This document shows, piece after piece, positions 1 to 7,278 of a DNA stretch of 31,152 bases (positions within the stretch are counted from its first letter, which is position 1; the number at the start of each line of letters is the position of its first letter). This DNA comes from a virus. Lineage: Duplodnaviria > Caudoviricetes. Where the stretch lies: the IMG/VR virus record IMGVR_UViG_3300017903_000781, positions 1 through 31,152 of that record; one strand, 5' to 3'. A model generated the notes under the pieces. That model worked only from the letters and a program-made list of their open reading frames with translations. It had not been told where the DNA came from and did not search any database. A program made the translations under genes and the position numbers.

Positions 1-615
1 AGCAAGGCCTTTGTAGACATCACTCGCAACGTCAGCACGACGGTCATCGAAGCCTCGCTGAGCTATAGCTTCGTTCATGAAGCGGCGAGAGTTGTTACTG
101 TTGCCGGTACCACTGGCCCCCAGACCAATACCAGGCAATGTTTGCTCGTTTAGACGCCGGCTATCGTCCCTCATAGCGGCGTTAATCATAGACTGCGCCT
201 GTGGGCTGTTCGTGGCGTAGTCTACGGCGTTGCTGAGCGTGTCTTGTGAGGCGCGGTTGTAGATATCGGCCTGGTTAGCGCCAAAACCGCTGGTGGCGTT
301 CATGATATCCTGGCCGCCGGTAAACATATTGCGGCCCAAACCAGCAATGGCGCTGTAACCCTCGTCTGCGAGCGGGTTCATGCCGGCATAGGTGTCGCCT
401 GTGTAGGCACCCATGTTCAAAGCATCACCCAAGGCTCCAGATGCGCCGCCGTAGAGCTGTTTCAGGTAGGGCTGCAGGAGGTTGAATGGTGCCATCTGTG
501 CGGCAATAGCTGCCGCGTCACTGCCTTGCTGGTATTTGGCTGCTTTGTTGCCAAACAAACCACCGATCAGACCGCCGGCAATCTGACCAAAAGCGGGGCT
601 AGAAAAGAATGACAT
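1..615 (-). CDS. Putative internal virion / DNA ejection (pilot-type) protein, N-terminal part; runs off the window
   Basis: Not in the ORF track. ATG at 615 after SD AGAGGA; frame open to base 1: MSFFSSPAFGQIAGGLIGGLFGNKAAKYQQGSD...QPYLKQLYGGA. Gly/Ala-rich amphipathic N-terminus and position after the nozzle-like gene fit podovirus ejection proteins. Confidence 0.7.
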   Translation of the reverse strand, partial: MSFFSSPAFGQIAGGLIGGLFGNKAAKYQQGSDAAAIAAQMAPFNLLQPYLKQLYGGASGALGDALNMGAYTGDTYAGMNPLADEGYSAIAGLGRNMFTGGQDIMNATSGFGANQADIYNRASQDTLSNAVDYATNSPQAQSMINAAMRDDSRRLNEQTLPGIGLGASGTGNSNNSRRFMNEAIAQRGFDDRRADVASDVYKGLA

Positions 616-627
616 GATGTTTTCCTC

Positions 628-906
628 TTATACGGCGGCCCAGGCAGTGCCGTTGTAGACCATGAGGCCTGTTGAGCCGTCACCTAGGGGATCCCAGCCT
701 GATACGGCATACCTGACCATGCCTTTGACTGGGTTTTCGGGGGCTTGGTCTGCTACCTGGATAGATGCAGACGCGATTGTGGATACGGACTGCTCGATGC
801 GCTGTAGTTCGTCCTGGATGTAGCGACGAATACCGTCTTCGAGCTCAGGGAACTGACGCCGGACATACTTGGTGACTACCTGATCACTGCGGTCGTCCAA
901 GGCCAT
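628..906 (-). CDS. Hypothetical tail-module protein (92 aa)
   Basis: Start overlaps the upstream stop (TAATG); C-terminal GMVRYA..WDPLG..GLMVYNGTAW resembles small podovirus tail proteins. Confidence 0.7.
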   Translation of the reverse strand: MALDDRSDQVVTKYVRRQFPELEDGIRRYIQDELQRIEQSVSTIASASIQVADQAPENPVKGMVRYAVSGWDPLGDGSTGLMVYNGTAWAAV

Positions 907-2528
907 TACCTTGCTCCTGTCTGTGTGATGTCTAAGTCAACGCCTGACCACTCAAAGTCCTTGTAGTCGTCACTATCGAGGGTGACTTTGTAGGACAGAT
1001 AGCGACCTGCAGCTCGGCTGTCGATCTTATGATCTGTTGCCATGTCGAAGACGATGGTAGAGGCGTATGCTGGGGTCTCGCGTGGGATGTCAGAGGCACC
1101 AAACTCGAAGTTGACGGTGGTGTCGGACGAGTTTGTTGTGTCCATCTGGGGGTAGAGCCTAGTAACGACCACATAGTTCGAGGCATTAGAGCCGGCCTCA
1201 TCGAGGTCCAGGCCTGTGCGCTCCAGGAATGGTGGTTTGGTTGCCTCGGTGTCGATCTGGAAGGTCAACTTGCCCTCATCGGACAAATCAATAGCAAACA
1301 GTTTGTCAGACGTCAGGCCGTCCGCTGACTGATCCTCGCCTACCATCAGGACGTGTTTGTCAAAGTTATCTTCCTGGTCGTAATACGAGCCACCCACGAG
1401 CTCGTAGGTAAGATCGGTGGCGGTAGTGAATGTGTTCACGCTGTTAATGTTAGCCAATGACCCGTCAGAGACGTTAGGCAGGTCATAGAACGCCCAGGTG
1501 TTGTTACGGTAATTAAACGCGGCTGCGCGATTACACCTAGTGGCGTTTGGAAACGCTACGTGCTGGTCGCCTGACAGGTAACAGAAGTAGATTTCGTTCA
1601 GGTTGGGGTTGTGCTGCACAAAGCAGACATCCGACTTCTGCACGTTCAGTCCCTGGTAGATGAAGTCTTTCACGCGCTCATCACAAATGGACTGCTTTGT
1701 TGTGCCATCGTGGACATAGACGTCGCTAGGGCCAAAAACGTAGTGCTTACCCTCTACCTCGACAGCGCAGTTCTGGTTGATCATACCACTGTCGGTAAAC
1801 AGCTTGCGGAAGTTGAAGATGAAGGTGCCACCAACGAATTCCATCAGCCACACCTGGTCGGAGCTGTAGAGGATGAAGTTAGACCCGAGCGGCACACCGT
1901 CTACCAGGGGTGTCTTGAGCTCTACCAGGTCATTGAAGCCGGCAGACTTGGTGGTGTCTGTGGCGTCCCAGGAGTCGGGGATAGCGCCGGCTGTCACCAG
2001 GTTCGACCACCTCACCCTATTCGGATAGTTCGTGGAGCTCTCTGTCATCTTGAGGCCGAGCAGGAAGTCACCATAGCTACGCAAAGCACCCGCTCGCCAG
2101 TTGGCGTCCCAGTTGGTCAGGTCAGCAAAGTTGGTGCCGGCAGGGAGACGGAAGACTGGCACCCTGTCCTCACGGTTGACGTAGATAACGTCAGCGAGCT
2201 GAGCGCTTGTGAATGGGCGGGGGTCTGAGGATCCTGTGATGGAACCAGAGCGGTCAGTGACTGTACCAGACGCATACTCCTGAATGGCGTAGTCGTCAGA
2301 GACCATGATGACACGGTCGTAGCCTGTGGCCGGCGTGAAGCCAATACAGGCGCGTGGAGTGAAGCCGAGGCTGCCTTTCACCTCACGGAACACAGGAGCA
2401 CGACGTACCTTACCCTCGTCGAAGCGGACGTTGATGCCTGTAGAGAAGCCGTTGATAGGGATGTTGTAACTGGCGCGGTCAGTGATGACACCCGCGCTAC
2501 CGAGGTCACGAACTGGTAAGATAGCCAT
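906..2528 (-). CDS. Tail nozzle / packaged-DNA stabilisation protein (540 aa)
   Basis: Beta-rich, propeller-like periodicity (RVRWS, HYVFG..DVYVHDG, EIYFCY, AFNYRNNTWAFYD); size and position between a fibre gene and an ejection gene; SD GAGGA. Confidence 0.7.
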   Translation of the reverse strand: MAILPVRDLGSAGVITDRASYNIPINGFSTGINVRFDEGKVRRAPVFREVKGSLGFTPRACIGFTPATGYDRVIMVSDDYAIQEYASGTVTDRSGSITGSSDPRPFTSAQLADVIYVNREDRVPVFRLPAGTNFADLTNWDANWRAGALRSYGDFLLGLKMTESSTNYPNRVRWSNLVTAGAIPDSWDATDTTKSAGFNDLVELKTPLVDGVPLGSNFILYSSDQVWLMEFVGGTFIFNFRKLFTDSGMINQNCAVEVEGKHYVFGPSDVYVHDGTTKQSICDERVKDFIYQGLNVQKSDVCFVQHNPNLNEIYFCYLSGDQHVAFPNATRCNRAAAFNYRNNTWAFYDLPNVSDGSLANINSVNTFTTATDLTYELVGGSYYDQEDNFDKHVLMVGEDQSADGLTSDKLFAIDLSDEGKLTFQIDTEATKPPFLERTGLDLDEAGSNASNYVVVTRLYPQMDTTNSSDTTVNFEFGASDIPRETPAYASTIVFDMATDHKIDSRAAGRYLSYKVTLDSDDYKDFEWSGVDLDITQTGAR

Positions 2529-2811
2529 GTGTCTGTTCCTCGGTTTGGGCTTGCTTTAGTTGGCGTAGGTTTTCCTGATTGGCCGACACCATCTCATTCC
2601 TGAAACTCTCGACCGCTGCGCCTGTCTGTCGGGACTGCTGCGCGTTCTCAATCAGTAGAACCGGTAGCCAGGCCATAGCGCAGCCCCATTCTTCTGTGGG
2701 CTCTCCGGTGTTGGGGTTCTGACCTTGGATCTTCATGAACCAGGCACAGTCGAATTGCTTACAAGGCTCAAAGCCGTTGAGTGGACAGTTGTCCTTCACC
2801 TCGAGCTTCAT
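2506..2811 (-). CDS. Conserved Cys-containing hypothetical phage protein (101 aa)
   Basis: CPL..C...CAWF...WGCAMAWLP...AAVESFRNEMV pattern; tightly packed between fibre and nozzle genes. Confidence 0.75.
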   Translation of the reverse strand: MKLEVKDNCPLNGFEPCKQFDCAWFMKIQGQNPNTGEPTEEWGCAMAWLPVLLIENAQQSRQTGAAVESFRNEMVSANQENLRQLKQAQTEEQTHGYLTSS

Positions 2812-2814
2812 GGG

Positions 2815-3486
2815 TTAGTCCTTGGTGGCGATGATGACATCGACGTACTGAGGCGCGAGGTCCGCTTCCGTGCCAGTGAAGGCCGATGTCGCGGAGCCGG
2901 ACCAGCCGTGGTTGTGTGCGCCACCGCCACCTGTGTTCTGCGTGGAATAGGTGATAGCACCGTGAGGGTTGTAGTCGGTTCTACCTGCGTATGCTGTACC
3001 GTTGTCATAACCTAGCTGAACACGAGTGTTTGAGCCCATGCTGTGCGAGTGAGCCGGGATCTGGCTTGTGGTCAGCGTGTGATTGGCAACTGTGCCGCTG
3101 ACACTCGTACTGACTGAACCAGCCGGTGTGAAGGTGAAGGCAGACGAAAACGCATTGGTTCCGCCGGTCCCTGCCGTGCCTGTTACTACACGAAGTGTCT
3201 TGTCGTTGTGCGTAGTGTCCTTAGTCCAGCCTGTGGGGGCTGTGGACTGCTGGAAAAGCATCTTTGTGTCACTGGCGTGGACGCCGTTCTCAATTGCTGA
3301 GACACGGCCATCTAGGCCGTTCAAGATCGTGTGCGTGGCGGTCATTGCGCCAGTGATATTGGGGAACGACGCCAAAATGGTCGACTTGATGAGGCGCAGG
3401 TGGTCGTCTGCCTGGGCCAGACCGTCTGTGGCCACAGGATTACTCGCGTTGAGCGAGTTGATGTAGGTACCGGACTCTAGCGCCAT
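2815..3486 (-). CDS. Short tail fibre / collar-domain protein (223 aa)
   Basis: N-terminal ALESGTYINSLNASNP..DDHLRLIK, collar-like FQQSTAPTGW, tip motifs HTLTTSQIPAHSH and AHNH; SD AAGGA upstream. Confidence 0.75.
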   Translation of the reverse strand: MALESGTYINSLNASNPVATDGLAQADDHLRLIKSTILASFPNITGAMTATHTILNGLDGRVSAIENGVHASDTKMLFQQSTAPTGWTKDTTHNDKTLRVVTGTAGTGGTNAFSSAFTFTPAGSVSTSVSGTVANHTLTTSQIPAHSHSMGSNTRVQLGYDNGTAYAGRTDYNPHGAITYSTQNTGGGGAHNHGWSGSATSAFTGTEADLAPQYVDVIIATKD

Positions 3487-3535
3487 GGGGGTATCCTTCT
3501 GCGAAACTGGGGCCCCTGCTTAAAGAGGCCGGGAT

Positions 3536-3553
3536 AACAACAACAACAACAAC
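3536..3553. repeat. (AAC)6 simple repeat in non-coding leader
   Basis: Six perfect AAC units read directly. Confidence 0.95.
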
Positions 3554-3791
3554 CCTTTAGTCCGACTTTGTGAAGTCGAGGTCGATTGACACCTACCGGG
3601 CCCTCGATGCCGGCAGGATGGGACCCGCTGAGGCCTGGGAACACCGTAAGTCGTTGTAATCGTTGGTGACTGAGGAGCATCTGATATCGGATCAGATGAC
3701 CAAAGGGGTATGACCTAGGGACATTTGGCCATTAGTGAACATTGACCGTGTGACACGGCATTCTTTGAAGAACAAATCGGGACATGACAGA

Positions 3792-3890
3792 ACCTAAGTC
3801 AGACCCATGTCCGACCTAAGTCAGACCCATGTCAGACCCATGTCCAACCTAAGTCAGACCCATGTCCATCCTTGGTTAGACCCATGTCTG
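3792..3890. repeat. Tandem array of nine 11-bp units, consensus ACCYAWGTCMR
   Basis: Units: ACCTAAGTCAG, ACCCATGTCCG, ACCTAAGTCAG, ACCCATGTCAG, ACCCATGTCCA, ACCTAAGTCAG, ACCCATGTCCA, TCCTTGGTTAG, ACCCATGTCTG. Confidence 0.95.
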
Positions 3891-3947
3891 ACCTGTGATC
3901 ACCCTTGTAGTCGAGGCCTGGGTCTGCTTTGGAAACATACTGTCTCC

Positions 3948-3964
3948 TAAGGGTGGACTTAAGT
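3948..3964 (-). promoter_or_regulatory. Candidate phage RNAP promoter, late copy: ACTTAAGTCCACCCTTA|GGAGAC
   Basis: One of three intergenic copies of a 17-bp motif; followed by a G-initiated GGAGA as in T7-family promoters; points toward the tail genes. Confidence 0.7.
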
Positions 3965-3991
3965 CTGTTTAGAGGGCATATGTAGTGGCTA

Positions 3992-4034
3992 GTGGCCCAG
4001 GAGACACTCCTATTGGTGGAGGTTCCTGGGTCAC
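3992..4034. other. Long imperfect hairpin (possible RNase III-type processing or pause site)
   Basis: GTGGCCCAGGA (3992-4002) pairs with TCCTGGGTCAC (4024-4034), 10/11, with an inner CTCC/GGAG stem; no U-tract on the minus strand. Confidence 0.5.
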
Positions 4035-4053
4035 GCCTTGGTAAGACAACACC

Positions 4054-4209
4054 CTACATATTGCGGTTCACAGCGCGGGTGCGTGTTGGTGGTCGTGCCG
4101 GCAGAGGCTTCTTGTCCTTCATGTAGCACTTGGCACAGAGATGATCACGGTCGTTCAGTGTGACGTCTGCCGGCGTAGCACACTGCTGACACTGCGGTCT
4201 TACTCGCAT
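4054..4209 (-). CDS. Small zinc-finger-like protein (~51 aa)
   Basis: MRVRPQCQQC...HLCAKC; ATG at 4209 overlaps the RNR end, preferred over the track start at 4242. Confidence 0.5.
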   Translation of the reverse strand: MRVRPQCQQCATPADVTLNDRDHLCAKCYMKDKKPLPARPPTRTRAVNRNM

Positions 4210-5903
4210 GACTTCTGCCCTGTCGATGGGTCGATGAAGCAAGCCTCTGCCTTGGGCTCTTCCTGGGTCTTCACCTCATTGAGGATGCCATATCTCTTTC
4301 CAGATGCGCGGAACGTAGTGATCCCGCTACAGCCGCCCTTCCAGGCCTTGTAGTAGAGCTGCTTGAACTCATCAAAGGTGACATCGTCACCGACGTTGCA
4401 GGTCTTGCTGACGGCGCTATCGACATACTTGGATGCCATGATCAGGACATCGACATGTTCGTCTGCCGTGATCTCGTTGGCTGTCCTGCCGGCCACGCCC
4501 TGGCGGTATGCATAGTCCTCTACACGCTCGACCTGGTGACCATCGAACTGCTGGATGGTGCGGTCGTAGTAAAGGCTGAACGGTGGCTCGATGCCGCTGC
4601 TGACGTTGTCTGCAGTCAGTGAGATCGTGCCGGTTGGGGCGATGGATAGCAGGTGGCTGTTCCTGGTGCCGTAGACTGAGATCTCGTCTTGTAGCCACTG
4701 CGGCAGCGTCTTGATGAAATCGCTTTTGCTATAGTCCTGGTGGTTCCACAGCGGGAACGGACCTTTGACTTGTGCTAGGAGACAGCTTGTGTGGTAGGCG
4801 TTGTCACGTAGTGTAACAAGGACAGTCTGCATCCATGTCATGAAGCCCTCGCTGCCGTAACTTAGCCCCAGCATCTCGCCGGCATTGGCCAGTCCGGTGA
4901 CACCCAGGCCCATGCGCCGCTTCTGTTGCGCTTCGACACGCTGTGCCTCGAGTGGGTAGATCGTCCGATCAATCACATTATCCATCGCACGTACAACCAC
5001 AGAGATGTCGGCACTGAACTGGTCAAAGTCGAATTGGTTGTCTTCGACATACTTGACCAGGTTGAAGCTGCCCAGGAGACAAGCACCGTTTGGCGGCAGA
5101 GGTTGTTCCCCGCATGGGTTCGTACTTGCGATCTTCTCGACGTACCACAGGTTGTTCTTGTTGTTGATGGTGTCGATGAACAGGACACCAGGCTCAGCCC
5201 AATCCCAGGTCGAGCGCATGATCATGTCCCACAACGCTTGTGGATCTACTTCCTTGTAGACCTTACCCTCAAACACCAGGGGAAACGGCTCACCAGTCTC
5301 CAGGTGCTCCATGAACTTGTCTGTCACGCCTACACTGACGTTAAACCCGGTCAGCTTGTCGGTGTTATGCTTGGCACTAATAAACTGCTCGATGTCAGGG
5401 TGGTCGATACGTAGCACACCCATCTGAGCACCCCTGCGATGGCCGCTAGACGCAATTGTCTGACACACCGCATCAAAGATGCCCATGAAGCTCACAGGGC
5501 CGCTGGCAAGGCTGTCCAGGCTCTTGATGCGGTCACCTCGAGGGCGCAGGTTGCTGAAGTCATAGCCAATACCACCACCGCGCCTCATTGTCTCTGCAGC
5601 CTCTGTAGCTACAGCCATGATCGATGTCATGTCGTCGGTGATGGTGGAGCTGACGAAGCAGTTGTAGGCAGTTGTCTGCCTGGCAGCTCCGATGGCATTC
5701 TGGACACGTCCTGCCGGCAGGAACCGCATGTTCCGCAGCGCATCTTTGAAGTCCTCGAAGTGCTCGGCGCTGTCCTTCAGGCCGTCTGCAATGCGTACCA
5801 CCTTGCTATAGAAGTCCTCGCCCTGCTGCCGGTACTTCTGCTGATCGATCTCCTCCGAGAGCGACAGTGTCGGGCCATAGTGTTGGTTGCTGATCATGTT
5901 CAT
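4200..5903 (-). CDS. nrdJ: Ribonucleotide reductase, class II (adenosylcobalamin-dependent)
   Basis: FLPAGR, TAYNCFV, GGGIG, TNPCGEQPL, APTGTIS motifs and C-terminal Cys pair (ACFIDPSTGQKSCE); no ATP cone and no beta subunit gene in the window. Confidence 0.88.
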   Translation of the reverse strand: MNMISNQHYGPTLSLSEEIDQQKYRQQGEDFYSKVVRIADGLKDSAEHFEDFKDALRNMRFLPAGRVQNAIGAARQTTAYNCFVSSTITDDMTSIMAVATEAAETMRRGGGIGYDFSNLRPRGDRIKSLDSLASGPVSFMGIFDAVCQTIASSGHRRGAQMGVLRIDHPDIEQFISAKHNTDKLTGFNVSVGVTDKFMEHLETGEPFPLVFEGKVYKEVDPQALWDMIMRSTWDWAEPGVLFIDTINNKNNLWYVEKIASTNPCGEQPLPPNGACLLGSFNLVKYVEDNQFDFDQFSADISVVVRAMDNVIDRTIYPLEAQRVEAQQKRRMGLGVTGLANAGEMLGLSYGSEGFMTWMQTVLVTLRDNAYHTSCLLAQVKGPFPLWNHQDYSKSDFIKTLPQWLQDEISVYGTRNSHLLSIAPTGTISLTADNVSSGIEPPFSLYYDRTIQQFDGHQVERVEDYAYRQGVAGRTANEITADEHVDVLIMASKYVDSAVSKTCNVGDDVTFDEFKQLYYKAWKGGCSGITTFRASGKRYGILNEVKTQEEPKAEACFIDPSTGQKSCE

Positions 5904-6205
5904 TAGAGTGGGGTTCCTTCTTCTTCGTTTCTGATTATGAAATCGAGGTACTGACGTGCCTTGCGTAGATCACCCACACCGCCTTTCTGTCGCCAACGGC
6001 TGACATACTTGACGACGTTGCCCTCAGCGAAATCGAGCTGATTGGCCATGATGTATGTGATCGGCTCGATGGCGTGGCTGTTGTAGTGCTGGGGGTCCAC
6101 AGGGTCATTGACCTCTCTGGCTTCTTGAAGAGCTGCGTCCAGGACATCACCCAGGGTGGTCTCCTGCATACGGCGCTTCATGTAGTCCTCATGCGCTTCA
6201 TGCAT
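5903..6205 (-). CDS. DUF3310 family protein (T7 gp1.7-like putative nucleotide kinase)
   Basis: PQHY...IEPI...FAEGNVVKYVSRWRQKGGVGDLRKARQYL signature; start revised to ATG 6205 (SD GGGAG). Confidence 0.85.
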   Translation of the reverse strand: MHEAHEDYMKRRMQETTLGDVLDAALQEAREVNDPVDPQHYNSHAIEPITYIMANQLDFAEGNVVKYVSRWRQKGGVGDLRKARQYLDFIIRNEEEGTPL

Positions 6206-6932
6206 GTGTCTCTCCCTCGTAAAGTATTGGCTTGCCGTTCTCGCTGTCCCAATCGGCCCAGCGTAGGATCCGCGCAAGTCGTGCCTGGTGTAGAGCGTCC
6301 TTCCTGGTCAGGCCGGCTTTGACATAGGCCTGTTCAACCTTCTGCCAGGTCGGCTGCGAGCCGAGTGTCTTGGCAGCAGTGCGTGGGCCGTAGCCTTTTA
6401 GGCCTGGGTATCCATCTGCTGGATCCCCGACCAGGCACTGTGTGTAGAACGCTTCGTCGGCATCAGCCTGTGACACCTCGAGCAGCTCAGAGCTACCAGG
6501 GCGATAGAGCTTGCCTGGTATCGTCTTCATGTCCTTGTCGTCGCTAACGATGATGCCCTTGCCGATGTTGTCCGGCTTGGTGGCCAGGATGCCCATGCAG
6601 TCGTCAGCCTCGAGCCCAGGCTTTTGGAAGGTGCGGTAGTGGTGCTGCACCCAGTCCAGCATTGCGACATAGCCCAGGGGCTTCCTGGTCTTCTTGCGCT
6701 GCCACTTGTAAGTGGGCTCGATGGCTTTGCGGAAGTTGGTGGTGGATGACAGGCACATAATGATGTCGTCATCGTCGAGGCGAGCTTTGAACTCTGCCAT
6801 CTGGGTGCTGAACAGATCCTTGGCGATCTTCAGATCTGTAGTCAGCGACCAGACGTCATCGCCCCAGTCGGTCTCCTCTTCCGTTGCTGCGGTGCAGCGG
6901 TAGAGGTACAGGTCAGCATCAACTATAAGCAT
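6198..6932 (-). CDS. 5'-3' exonuclease (T7 gp6-like)
   Basis: IVDAD, YKWQR, LEADD, SDDKD, GDPADGYPG..GYGP motifs. Confidence 0.92.
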   Translation of the reverse strand: MLIVDADLYLYRCTAATEEETDWGDDVWSLTTDLKIAKDLFSTQMAEFKARLDDDDIIMCLSSTTNFRKAIEPTYKWQRKKTRKPLGYVAMLDWVQHHYRTFQKPGLEADDCMGILATKPDNIGKGIIVSDDKDMKTIPGKLYRPGSSELLEVSQADADEAFYTQCLVGDPADGYPGLKGYGPRTAAKTLGSQPTWQKVEQAYVKAGLTRKDALHQARLARILRWADWDSENGKPILYEGETHA

Positions 6933-7278
6933 CTTCGAGATCCACCATGAAGTCTGCGCCGTCCTCAGTGAGGAGCCAGCGGTTGCCGTAATGCATCTCG
7001 GTCATCTTGGTTGTGATGAGACCTTCAACTGCAGCGATAGCGACGGCGTTTGCCGCCTTCCTTGCGTAGTCACCCTTGGTGGTGATGCCTTTCTCCCATG
7101 CCTCTCGGCACACGTCGTAGAGCATCATCAGGCCCAGCTCAGGGGCACCATCGCTGTCAGGATCAATGGGTATCTCGCCAAGTTCGCCCGACGGCATACT
7201 CCGCTGCGATGGGGCATCTAAAGCTGTACGCTTCTCCCGCTTTTTGCGCTGCTCTTCGAGCGATATCACCAACGACAT
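6919..7278 (-). CDS. T7 gp5.7-like protein with N-terminal extension
   Basis: C-terminal DYARKAANAVAIAAVEGLIT...GNRWLLTEDGADFM matches the gp5.7 pattern as I recall it (NYVR..A..VAEAASRG.I....W.IT..G..FL); syntenic between pol and exonuclease; SD AAGGAG at 7285-7290. Confidence 0.7.
   Translation of the reverse strand: MSLVISLEEQRKKREKRTALDAPSQRSMPSGELGEIPIDPDSDGAPELGLMMLYDVCREAWEKGITTKGDYARKAANAVAIAAVEGLITTKMTEMHYGNRWLLTEDGADFMVDLEDAYS

Noticed and set aside
3647-3660. IHF site (TAAGTCGTTGTAA)
   Set aside because: Matches YAA-N4-TTG but not the following ATW; single copy; too weak to call.
3477-3680. 67-aa minus-strand ORF with CCCCC
   Set aside because: The poly-Cys is a by-product of the (AAC)6 repeat; no SD; the region appears regulatory.
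3792-3890. CRISPR or mini-CRISPR array
   Set aside because: Units are 11 bp and directly abutting with no unique spacers; no cas gene.
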